Below, one piece after another: positions 25,007 to 37,809 of a DNA stretch of 64,000 bases; within the stretch, counting starts at the first letter, position 1, and each line of letters begins with the position of its first letter. The stretch lies in NCBI GenBank assembly GCA_051362555.1, contig CM120646.1:4898001-4962000 (forward strand), read 5' to 3'. The position numbers and the translations under genes were made by a program. The stretch comes from Lingula anatina. Its lineage: Eukaryota; Animalia; Brachiopoda. A model generated the notes under the pieces. It ran no database searches and was not told where the DNA came from. It saw nothing but the letters and a program-made list of their open reading frames with translations.

Positions 25007-26353
25007 TAACTCACTATATATCTACAGCACAGCCGCCTCACATGGAGCGGAACTTGAACAACTTGTGCTGTTAAGAGGGTCGACGGTTAGTCCTTCAATA
25101 GACTAACCAAATTTGGTATTGTCTCCATTATTATTTTAGCAGCCTTCCACAACAACAGATGAACTCAAACCACGAGCACCTGATCAAGCCCAGATTGGCC
25201 TATTTCCGGTATTTAGTTACCTATTTTGCTTTGTGATATTCACATGAATGCTTCGTTAAAGTCCCTGGGCACTGACTACAATAAAGGTTGTTGTTCGTGT
25301 TTTATTTGAAATGACTCTCTTTGTTGTAGAATTGTTATTTAGATACCTTCAACATTTTAGGGCCTTGTCCTTTACACCTGCGTCTTTTCAAAACAAAATC
25401 GGTATCGGGTGTTTGGATAACATTTCTACCACTATTCAGATGTCTTTCTTTGTTGTGCAGCCACCAAAACGACATCTTTAGTCTTAATGTATTTCCCGCT
25501 ATTGTAATTATCTTTTCAGACCAAACCAGGAATCGTATGGCAAATTTAACAGTATAGTTGTGTGGTGTAAATATATCATATTTATTGTCTTTCTAACTAA
25601 AGAAAACGCCGTTTGACTTGGTGGTCACCATTCAGTGGGCATATTCCCAGAAAACCACCTTAAGCATAATCTACGCACATGGATCGATTAGATAGTTTGA
25701 ATGTCAAAAACATACAATTACATAACTGAACAATAAAATTCCATTGAATAAAACTGATGTCGATACACAATTTTGTCAGAAGTACCAGATTATTATTCAA
25801 CAGTACATATCACCCGGATCTCCTATCGCATTTAAATTCTTTTCTGGCGTTGAGAAGAATACGGCTTTAAGAATACGAGTAATTGTAAAAGTGAGAGTAA
25901 TTGTAAGTAGACGTTATACCCACAGTACAGAGAAAGCAGAGTTATAGACTTAATAAAAAAGCAGCAGACTTAATGTCAAGTGAGACCAGAAAAGATGAGT
26001 TTATGAATTTATTCTCATATATGGACGTACAGACAGGCACATGACAAAATGTAGATAGTGTATTTGAAAATATATGTGGGTTGATTATGATAATTGGTGA
26101 TAAGATGCAGAAATGGTGTCCGAAAAAGGTCCAAAGTAGACTTAAACCATAACTTAAACTGTATTGGTCATACTTCTATTATCAGAGCTTTGGACTGATA
26201 TTGAAAACAGGAAAGTGCTCCTTACAATTAATGACAGTAAAACAATTAAGCAACAGATAAAAAGTGAATATATAAAAGACAGAGATATTTTGTGATAAAC
26301 AGTTACGAAAAGCAGAGAGAAAATATAACTAAGCCCAAAGAGTGCTTAGGTAA

Positions 26354-27231
26354 AGCCTCGGTCACAACCGTCGTACGGGCTCTTACGGCCTGTTTGCGTC
26401 CAAATTTTGCGCAGAATATCAAGTGCAACGCATGTCTCCCTTGCGAAATCTGGAGTTCGCAGACAGCTCGTATGCACGTACGGAGGATGTTGGACATGTC
26501 CAAAAGATTCTACGAATAATCTGCGAACAGCGAGGCCGCAAACGTATCTTGCTTCACTCGCAAGGAGTTCGCAAGTGAGACGTGTGTGGTCCAAGACGCA
26601 CGTCGCAAGCAATGAAGGAGCAAGTGCCTTCATACGCACGCCTTCACAACTAACGATCAAAGTCGAAAGCACCGCGGAAGTACGTCGCACGTGCGTCACC
26701 CCTACGCCAGGAGAATAACAGGTGTACTCACGACGCACGGTCGTGTCTCGAAAATTAACGAAGATCATGCTACCTGTGCAACAATTTTCAAAAATTTCGA
26801 ATTTTGCTTAATTCAGCTTCTAATATGCCTCCAAAAGGCAAGAAAAAATTCTTAGAGAGCAGAAAAGAAGGGAGAAAGAAGAAAACAGAAGAGGAGAACA
26901 GTAGGCAAAATTGACGTACGCTGTTAGTAGGCCTACGTCATCACAAGTTTGTGAGGCAAGTGTGAAGCAAAATGGAACTACTTCGCCGTGCGTTGCTTTC
27001 TCTTCAATAGTGGTGAGTGCGTGCCACGTACGAAGGTAGCAAGACAAACTCAAGAAATGAGTAGAATTTCCACAGCCCCTCCACATTGCTTGAAAGGACA
27101 TCTCATTTGGCCTTTGCAACTCGCAAGGCAGACTTTCGCCTACCTCTACGACCTCCACGGCTTCTACTGCACGCAAAATTCGCAGGGGACGTACGATCCT
27201 AAAATCCGTGCATCCGGTTGCGACAGTGGCT
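26354..27231. mobile_element. Non-autonomous Harbinger-like TIR element (878 bp, GC-richer)
   Basis: Termini AGCCTCGGTCACAACCG / CGGTTGCGACAGTGGCT, flanked by TAA and TAC. The empty site gcttaggtagggtat is at about 49367. Confidence 0.7.
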
Positions 27232-30200
27232 TACGGTATCAACAGAAAATCCTGCTGAATTCTGGAGAAAGGTAAACAACTTTTAGTTATAGGAGAAAAA
27301 ATGAGTCTAATAAGCGTTTAGTGCAGTATTGTGCGACGACTGTCTGCTAAGCTGAAAAACAATAATTTACTAGCGAATGGGCAGAAATGGTTTCAGAAAA
27401 CATACATAGTGACTTTGCATTAAACGGCATTATTACACCAAAATGCAGGTGCATGGATCATTCATTGATCTACAAAAACATTTTATTGCTTCGATAGAGA
27501 TATTTTGCTGTTTAACATTGGAAAATGTCATAGAGTGTTTAAAATATTAACCATAAAACATCTGCTTGTGTTAAAATCAGTGACGTATATACCATCTGGT
27601 TCAACTCTCCAACTGGTGTGAGACAAGGCTACAATCCTTCGCCAACTTTTAAAATAATGTCCTCCATTTTTACAAATGCTTTGAGTCTTTCAGTGTATGT
27701 GACATACAAGGGCGTAATTATATAAAAGTGCAGCCAATCTATAATTTTGTCTACAATGGACGACGAGTAGTTGACTTATACCACGGCTGGCTCTTCAAAC
27801 AATAGGAAGCGTATGAAAATACAGAAAAGCCCGTATGCGAAATACAAGTGCAATAAAGTGACTGGAGAAGAAAGGACTGTGCCCGAAGCGCGCGTCATAT
27901 GACGTCGAGTGGTTTAAGAGGCTACCTGGTCATTGTAGCTGGAAGTACACGGGAGTGGAGCCGTGAGTGCGAATTAAAGCGGATTTTCTGACGGCATGGT
28001 AAGTTAATATTTTTGCATTTCGGTATTTTGAGCAGAGAATACTTGTAGAAATACGGGGTATATGATATGAGAACGTGTCACAAAGCTTGAAATGGGAAAA
28101 CTGTGCGTATTTTCAGTCACCTTTTTTTCTAATTACTTGCTGCATGGACCGACAGCGCGCAAAGAAAAAAAGTAATACGAGGCTGTTAATGGTTGGTTTT
28201 CCTGTGCAACGTTAGCATTTATAAAGATTTTTTTCACCTTCTTGCATTACAAGTAGTTTCAGGGTCTCCAGATGACACCATCCATGAAGTAAAGTCAACC
28301 TAGACCTGCAGGTGGTAGAGGAGACATACTGTCAAGCATACAAATGAACCTTATACAAATGCCTAGTAACTGTTCGTTCTTACCAGGGAAGATGCGAAAA
28401 GTAATATAATCACTTAAATCTGTGCCAACTAAACTCAAAGACGAGTTGCATAGAATGACATTTAAAAAATGTAAAAGTGAATCCAAAATAATTCACCCTT
28501 ATTTCAAAATCGTTGTGAAACTAAAATTAACATTGTAAAATATTTTATGTAAAATTTGATAAAGATATATTGAAAAATAAAAAATTACAAAAATACCAAG
28601 GCTGTAGAATTTGGTCTTAGGGTCAACATGATTGTGACGTTGTCCACTAAATTCATCATATTGTGCTTGTGGAGACAGCGATGAACCACAATCGTTTGCA
28701 GGGAACAAAGGATTCGCGTGCCACCCCTTGAAAAAGAAAGGAACGTGTTTTCTGACTTCTTGATGTCTAAATATTTTATTTTTAGGTGTTCCCAAAACGA
28801 AATTCTGTGTTATAAGGATTTTATTTATTGTCATGTAACACACTTTGGCTTGAAAAGGCGCATTTTAAAAAGAGGGGGTAGGAGAAGTAACGGTTTATAA
28901 TTTCGATTTGTAATTGCTATCATTACTGCAAAAGGGTAAGTTAAATTGGCAAAAAAAAAAGATTTGAAAGGGCAGTATTTCTAGAACAGAATAAAGTAAG
29001 ACTTGGATATGATCTATGTATCATTGTGTATGAAAACGACTTTTAACACATATATGAAGTGGGCGTAACATTGGACGAGTTTGGAACACAGGGTGACAAT
29101 TGTATTCCTAGTTACAGAACTAGGCCCAGTTTTCAATCTTTAAAGGTTTTTGCTTTTATAAATATCATACAACTATAAAATTAATATTTCACTTGCTCCC
29201 ATTCTTGACTTCCATTGCCTCGCCTTCCAAAAATCAAACTTACAGTCAAAACTAGAAAATGGAAAAATATTATATCAACTACTTGACGCCCATGCAAAAA
29301 GACTTTTCGATGATAACTTGATTTCAATTAAGTAATAGCAATTTTTCTTTGAACTCAGGTGTCATGAGTTTTTTGACATGTTTCAAGATCATATGACCTT
29401 TGAACAATCTGTATTTACACGATACATTTGTTTTTCCATCTTCCTAAAATAGTCGCCCTTTTTCTAAGTCTATTTTCAGTTCCAGATGCCCTAATTTTGT
29501 CAAAATGTTCTCAACGCTGTGGAACGTTCTCTATTTTTCGTAAGGTTTACTTGGTTGGTAAAAGATGCATACAAAGTCAATTTTTTGTCACAAAAACCTA
29601 CCAAATGCCAGCATATACTTTCAAGTAGTATAACTAAGAGAATTACCAAAAGGCATCATTTGGTTTTACCCGAAAATGATGTTTGAACGGATTTTTCTGA
29701 TACCATTCTATGCTGTATGTCAATGGGACAGAAAAGTAGGTCACGAAAGTAGGTTAAATTTCCGACCAAAAATTTAAAGAGAGGAGCAGTCTAAAGAGCT
29801 TTTATGGCTAATCGAGTGATCCATTCAGCTGGCATGTCGAATTTATTTGAGTCGTATAAGAAACTAGTAGAAGTGATTACATGTGTTACTGGGAATCCAC
29901 GCTCCACCGATGCTCGGTTCGTATGTACCTTTAATGACTGGTTCAGATATTTGGCTCTCCACGGGCTCTTTCAAGTGGAATTTAATTATATTTGTACTTT
30001 GAATTAATTATGCATAATAATTGTGTATTTACTAAATTCTGCTGTGCAAGCATTAAAACTATATGTGCATTTGTGTTGAGCGTGCAGCACTTACTGCCCA
30101 AATATGAATTTGACCTAGGTACGACTGTATGACTGCAAGTGTTCCAATGCAGTCATGAAAAGACTTTAATACTCATGTTCATAATTACCACAATACCAGT

Positions 30201-30902
30201 AAAAGATTTTGGAAACGAACTTTTTATTCAGATACGCACTAGGTAGCCTCTTTTGACAAAAATACCAAGAGTGGATTTTGAGGTCAAAATAATCACAGAT
30301 TTTCAGTACGTAATTCTGGCATACGTAATTCTGAAGAGCTAAAATGACACAAAATGAATGAAGACAAATGAAAACAAAATTGTTGGAACGACTCAGCAAC
30401 GCCACCCTGCTTCATCTGGCGTTTGCAATCTTGATATAGTAAGCGCGAAATTCTAGTGATTTAAAATTTTACGAGGAGGTTATTGGGGTGTGATGACGTT
30501 CTCCTTCACAACCTGTTATGTTAGTGTTACAATGAAAACTAAGAATCGCCTCGATAACATAGTGAAACATGGTGGAAAAGGAATTATTTCCACTGGAAAT
30601 TCTATATGAAAGCTGACTGCTAAAGAAATTGTGGTCAATCGAGAGATTATGGTCCAGCAGCGGATAGTTTCTTCAAGTCAATAACATCAATGAAATTGGT
30701 CATTTTCATCAAATAACAGATCATAGAGATTTTCATTTGTACGTCAATTAATTCAAGTATAACAGATTGTTAAGTCCGTTCAGACGGCGACATGAGCGGT
30801 TAGGTTCAGCAAACATCTTACAATTCTTAACTGTTAATCAATGTCTCGTTCCATCCGTCAAATTGCAGTGTATTGCAAATGTATCTCTGAAAATCAATTA
30901 AG

Positions 30903-33664
30903 TCATAAAATATATTTATGCGAAATATGTGTAATAAAAACCATTGGCACAACCTGCCAAAGAAAACAACTTCGCGAGGCGGAAGATGCTGGATAATCTG
31001 TTTTCTTTATGGCTTCTTCCGGCACGTTAGAACTGAGTTGTTCAGAGGTATTCCTAACAAGGCTCACTTCAAAAGTGACCCTTTTATGAATTTTTATAGG
31101 GTGAACTTGTCGAAGAAAAGCGTCGAATTCATCAGTTAAATTCTCGAACAATAGTTGAGCCTCGTTGATATGGTCAACGCTTTTCCGCAGCCACACTGGA
31201 AAAGTAGTAGTGATGAAATCTCTCTCGTAGTTTGGGAGGACACATTCACGCATCCCCCCTCCAGCGATCGTCCATGCACCGTATGGAAAAAATTCTGAAA
31301 TACCTTTCTCTGCAAAAAACGACTTATACGCCGTGCAAAGTGGCCTGTGGCTACATGGGTGCTCTAGGTGCTGGTTGGGATCGAATTTGAGAGTAAGGAA
31401 GAAAGGAAGGTTACGCATATGACGAAGGGGGGGTGAGAGGAAAGTTTCCTCCACGGAACATTCCTCGCCTTGTTTATTCGTGTTCTGAAAGAGAACGTCA
31501 CGTGATTTAATATTAAACATGCTAGACTGTACAAAACGGAGTCTAAATTGACTCTGCTAATCAGTATTTTCAGCAAATAACATATTTCCTACGAAATATT
31601 ATGTTCATTACATCTTGGGACAAAAAATATATGTGGTATATTTAAAATTAACAGAAATGAAGAAAGTTCACGCAGTGTTGATGTTTTCAATCAAGCACTA
31701 AATCAGAAACCTGAGTTTCAGTGCTAAAGAATTCGAGCTTCTTCCTTTTAAATTTAATGGCCATACATCTGATTTGATCATGATCAGTTCAGACATTTCA
31801 GATGGAAATGGCTACACCGGGTTCACTTACATTTAGCGTTTTTCATTTTTTTCCTTTACAGGTCTGGACTAAGAAAGGTAAGTTGCTTTGAAGGATGTTT
31901 AAATACAAATGAGACTTAGTCAATTTCGAAACGTGAATAGAATACCTGCGTTGCTTCAATTTCAATTTTACGCATTTGCAGATACAGAGTATCATATTTC
32001 AGCCAACACCTGTTGGGAGATAGCAGTAAGACACAGTAGTAGACCATTATTCTTTTAAGAAAACAATCATTTATGCTTACGTCGTGCAGTTTCCCTTGGC
32101 CAGGCAATTCCCGTTGAACATCTATCACTGCAGAAAAGCCAAGCGGTTCGATTGTTTTTGTCTTCCTGTTGCCTGTAAAATAGAATCAATCTCAATGATA
32201 AAGTTACACAATTGCGTATATTTTGACCAAAGATGTCGTTATGGAGATGGTGTCTTTTCCATTAAATGACAAAAACCAGATGTGAACAGATTAAGAGTTA
32301 GCGCAATAATTGTTACTGTTCCGGGTCATAGCCCTGTCGTGCAGGAGAAAGTTCATTTACGAATCAATAGATATGTTGATTGACCGGATAAGGTGATAAT
32401 GTCATTAATTTAACTCTAGCACGAACAAGTGGTCAAAGATGTTTCAACCAAAAACGGCGTGTAAGTAGCTTACATGGGAAATGAGTTTGTATTGAAAATT
32501 AAGTGGCTCACCAATGTCATCACATTTTTTTATCTCCAGAACCATGTCCAGCGGCAAACGACAAATCCAACAGAAAATGTTTCGACCAAAAGAGTACCCA
32601 TAAAAGCCATGAACGTAGGTCATCGACACGGGGCCAAACTCACAAAGCCTGGTAGATTCGGCGGCAGCGTCCCGTAAGCACAGTTCATTATTCAAACTTG
32701 TTTTAGGATCATGATTTCCCTGAGGACCAATACAAGGGCGCCCTGGGTAAAAGTCCGGGGTATCAAAGAACAGCATGCAATCCTCCATATGCAAAATCAT
32801 TTGCAAAATTTCAGCAACGGTCCGAACTTTTTGAAAGGTTTCCTTTTGTTCAATGTTACAAGCAATCATGGGCTTCCATGCTTTGTGTGATGTAACTTTG
32901 TGACAGGTCGCGCAGAAAATGTTTTTGAATGTGACGTTTGCCTCCTTTGACGAGACAGGCAGCATAATATCAATGTCATTAGACCAGCCTTTGAACTCGC
33001 ATTTTTGGCGGACAACTTCATCATGCCAGTGAAGTGGACATGAAGAGACGATCCAAAAATACCTACTGCCTACGCCCCTTATTTCTTTATTCCCCTGTAG
33101 CCAACATTCTGTGTCATTGCTGGATATCTCAATTCCCGTGACTTTTGTCTCTGTGCAGTATTGATCGTATGGCCAACAGCAGTCTCCAAACACGTTACAC
33201 AAATCATCACAGAAGCAGGTGACCAAAATCATGTCATCCATCGACTCTCTTGTACTCTTGACACAGAACGGGATGTTTACTGTGACGTCAAGCGGTATCA
33301 AATTTTTTGGTGGAAATGTTGTTGAACTAGCTTCATCGTTTGTGGGAAATATAGAAACAGGTCGGAATGGAAGGTCGAACTCAGATTCATTTTGCCGGGA
33401 GTTTGAGTTCGGCACTTTTGCTGTGACGTTGGAGAAACCATACCTTTCGTCAGGTAACATCTTCTCTGTTGCTTGTTTCCCCTCTTTCTTTTGGTGACGA
33501 CCGTAACTGAAGTTTGTCAAGAAAAAAGGTGTTGAAGACGAGATTAATGAAGCATTACTCCAAGTTGTGTGATAGGTCGCGTTTTTCACAGTCTCAGCAT
33601 TACCAATCAGTGGCTGCTCTAGACTGACACAAACACATAGTGCCAGCATTAGTAACAACTTCAT
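30903..33664 (-). CDS. SMB-like/Cys-rich GPI-type glycoprotein, array copy 3 (593 aa). Exons 33664-32512, 32127-32081, 31484-30903
   Basis: Same architecture with exon lengths 1153/47/582, canonical GT-AG sites and an intact frame. Confidence 0.85.
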
Positions 33665-36600
33665 TGTCAACTGCCTATTATGTTTGTTAACCACGCTACG
33701 GTGCTTTCTAGGGTTTATATACACATGGGTAACTACTTGTGACTGGTTAGTTTTCCAATGTAATGCCGGCAAAGTGGCCTATAATGTTTGGAGTGACGCA
33801 ACATAGGAGCCAATGAGAATGAGAGAGCACAGCCCTTTAGCGGTCAACCACAGGTCTTGGTCATGATAACGTCTACTGATTTGAAACTTTTTCATAAATG
33901 ATCGTTCAAAATGCTTGCTTTTTAAAACGACTTTTTGTTTAAACGTACTGTTAGACGTTGCTTCTCCCGACGTTTTGGTATAATTATTAATACGTCTGAA
34001 AAACGCTGCGTTTCGGTTGGCTAGTGCATGATGCTTCAACCGTGACCGGCTCACTAGGCTTCGTTAAATGGTATTTTAAGGCGTTTGAAAAATTATTTGT
34101 ACGGTTGTTAGACGTGTCGAGTAATATGCCGTTAATGAATCATCACTGTAAACCATTTCGAGATTTAGTGGTGTCCCAGTTAATAAGTATTACTCCGAGT
34201 TGTACAAGGTCTCGTTTTTGTTAAGCCTTCAACATGGCCGCTGTAAAAGACTTTAGACGACATACGTATAATGCCAGCAGTCGCAACACCTTCATTATGT
34301 GCTGAATCCATTCTTATCACCCTGTCTGACCGTACCGTAGGCGTCACAGGTACCGTTGTCGTCCAACTCATCTTCTGTTTATCCTCCTTCTGCTAAACTG
34401 TATTTTATTTTTATTTTAAATCCCGTGTAACGCACAGAGAGTCCCCCGTGATAGAGAGTCCGCTCTCTGTCACGCGTTTCGTTATAAGCATCTAACCGAA
34501 ATGTGCGGGGGGGGGGAAGACATCAAAACATGTAGCGTGCTTGAAGGACAAAATCTTGAGCAAAAGTGGCCATTGGAGCAGACGGCAACAAAAAATATAT
34601 TTAATAAACAAGACCTCATTTCAACCATCTCCAACCCGAGAGCAGTTGCCCCTACGCTTCTTGCCAAAATAGTTCGCGGGATGAATAATAACTGTAGCAC
34701 AGAAATGGAAAAATTGAACACAAGGAAAGAACACGCTGCACTTTCTACTTTGCAAATTTGATCTAAAAAACCTACTATTTGAATTTCTCTAATGACTCAT
34801 GCAAAGTATGGCATGGTACATGTTAAGAAAATAGATGAAGCTTCAGGGAAAATTATTTCTTCTTCCTTGCTGATTTATCGATTTTTTTTTTTTTTTTTTC
34901 AGAGCGCTATGTGCAGTGCCGTTTTTTGTTTTCATCATTGATAATACAAAGATGGATAGAACGAGATGGACAGTGGTTCCAGCTAGACAATATCGTGCAA
35001 ATTCACGTATACCTTGTAAAATGAAGGCACCATAAACCCAATTCATCTTCCATTTCACGAGCTAAAATTTGGGCACCAATTTAAATATAATTTGTCTTAT
35101 TCAAACACTTTAACAGGTAATTCAGCTGTGGCCAAGTCTGTCGGAGTGAACAGACGAAACAGTCAGCAGGTAAAGCAAATGTCTGGATCCATCATAAATA
35201 AAAACTTTTTGACTATCAAAACTGAGATCCAATGACACTATTTTCACATAAATTTTCTTGTTTTTATTTGTTAATAATCCTGATAGTTTTGAAAAGAAAA
35301 TAATTGGATGCAATTTTGCAAACAATGGTTGTTTCATTGGTTATAACTGTTACTTCCAAAACATAGAAACCGCAGTTTTAAGCTACTTTCCGCATTATAA
35401 ATATTTCTTTCATTTTTCTGACTACAATATGCACGAAAAGGACCATCGTTCTTATGTAAGCAAAGAAGAGACAGATTATATTGGACATTCTTTGGATTAT
35501 TTCATTGTTGTTATTCATTAAGTTAAATGGAATACCAGATGTCGCAGGTATAACCTGCAATGAGCTATCTACTATAAACATATTCCGCTACGCGTGCCAA
35601 GTAGTTGAACAAAAACACAACTCGCGACGGGTACATGAGTAGATGAAAGGATATTCCTTCGCAGTCGACATAATTATTAGACCAGTCACCATATCCTAGT
35701 AAGTTACACGACCCACCCTGTATTTACCCAATTTGACTTTCGTAGTTATGACCTGTAATTTCCAATGTAAGTCTGTTGCATGTGCTAAGGGCTCATTGAC
35801 GGGGGTTTAGTGGTCGATAACGGTGCGTTGCCGTATCGACTAGAACCATTTTAGTTACTGCTGACGAGATGCATTTCCTGACAACTACAGGTCACTAATA
35901 AAAGGCGCTAAGCCTGTACTGTTTACTGAAATCGGATGGTTATTATATATGGTTAGTGCGTGAGAATGCTTACTGAGATTAGACTTTATAGTGTTGTTAT
36001 GATCACTTAGTAAGTTGCTGTGCAAATGAATTGTTTTTGTTTTGTTTTGAATAAACACTGCCGTGTTAAAGCTCACCAGATTTCTTTCGATTGTCGCTCA
36101 GCTTCAAGTCTATATTTTTTATCTTAATGATACAAAAAAAGGAAAATAAAAATATACGCCAATGACACTCAAACCATCTCTATTACTATTATGACAATTG
36201 TATTCCTCGTTACAGAACTAGGCCCAGTTTTCAATCTTTAAAGGTTTTGACTTTTATAAATATTATACAACTATAAAATTAATATTTCACTTGCTCCCAT
36301 TCTTGACTTCCATTGCCTCGCCTTCCAAAAATCAAAACTTACAGTCAAAACTCGAAAACGGAAAAATGTTATATCAACTACTTGACGCCCATGCAAAAAG
36401 ACTTTTCGATGATAACTTGATTTCAATTTAGTAATAGCAATTTTTCTTTGAACTCAGGTGGCATGAGTTTTTTTGACATTTTCAAGATCATATGACCTTT
36501 GAACAATCTGTATTTACACGAAACATTTGTTTTCCATCTTCCTAAAATAGTCACAAAAACCTACCAAATGCCAGCATATAGTTTCAAGTAGTATAACTAA

Positions 36601-37809
36601 GAGAATTATTAGAAGACATTGTTTGATTTTACCCGAAAATGATGTTTGAACGGATTTTTCTGATACCATTCTATGCTGTATGTCAATGGGACAGAAAAGT
36701 AGGTCACGAAAGTAGGTTAAATTTCCGACCAAAAATTTAAAGAAAGAAGCAGTTTAAACCTCTTTAATGTATAATCGAATGATCTGTTCAGTTTATCCCT
36801 TGACATGTCGGATTTATTTACATATGTTACTGGGAATCCACGCTCCACCGATGCTCGGTTCGTATGTACCTTTAATGATTGGTTCAGATATTTGGCTCTC
36901 CACTGGCTCTTTCAAGTGGATATTATATTTGTGCTCTGAACGAATTTTGCGTAATAAGTGTGTATCTACAAAATTCTGCTGTGCAAGCATTAAACCGATG
37001 TGTGCATGTGTTGAGCGTGCAGCACTTACTGCCCAAATATGAATTTGACTTAGGTACGACTGTATGACTGCAAGTGTTCCAATGCAGTCATGAAAAGACT
37101 TTAATGCTCATGTTCATATCTAAACAAAAACAGTAAAAGATTTGGAAACGAACTTTTTATTCAGATACGTACTTGGCAGCCTCTTTTGACAAAAATACCA
37201 AGAGTGGATTCTGAGGTCAAAATAATTACAGACTTTCAACACGTAATTCTGAAGAGGTAAAATGAGACAAAATGAATGAAGACAAATGAAAACAAAATTG
37301 TTGGAACGACTCAGCAACGCCACCCTGCTTCATCTGGCATTTGCAATTCTGATATATTAAACGTGAAACTCTAGAGATTTAAAATTTTACGAGGAGGTAA
37401 TTGGGGTGTGATGACGTTTGTTTATGTTAGAGTTACAATGAAAACTAAGAATCGCCTCGATAACATAGTGAAAATTGGTGGAAAAGGATTTTTTTCCACT
37501 GGAAATTCTATATGAGAGCTGACTGCTAAAGAAATTGTGGTCAATCGAGAGATTATGGTCCAGCAGCGAATAGTTTCTTCAAGTCAATGACATCAATGGA
37601 ATTGGTCATTTCCATTAAATAACAGATGGTAGAGATTTTCATTTGCACATCAATAAATTCCAAGTATAACAGATTGTTAAGACCGTTAAGACGGAGACAT
37701 GAGCGGTTAGGTTCAGCGAACATCTTACAATTGTTAATCGTTAATCTATGTCTCGTTCCATTCGTCAGATTGAAGTGTATTGCAAATGTATCTCTGAAAA
37801 TCAATTAAG

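Noticed and set aside
26292-27275. Several overlapping 66-140-aa ORFs
   Set aside because: They lie within a GC-richer non-autonomous TIR element and show no transposase or other motifs.
27900-29090. Unique segment that could be a further element or stray exons
   Set aside because: I could not find matching termini, a TSD or a consistent spliced frame.
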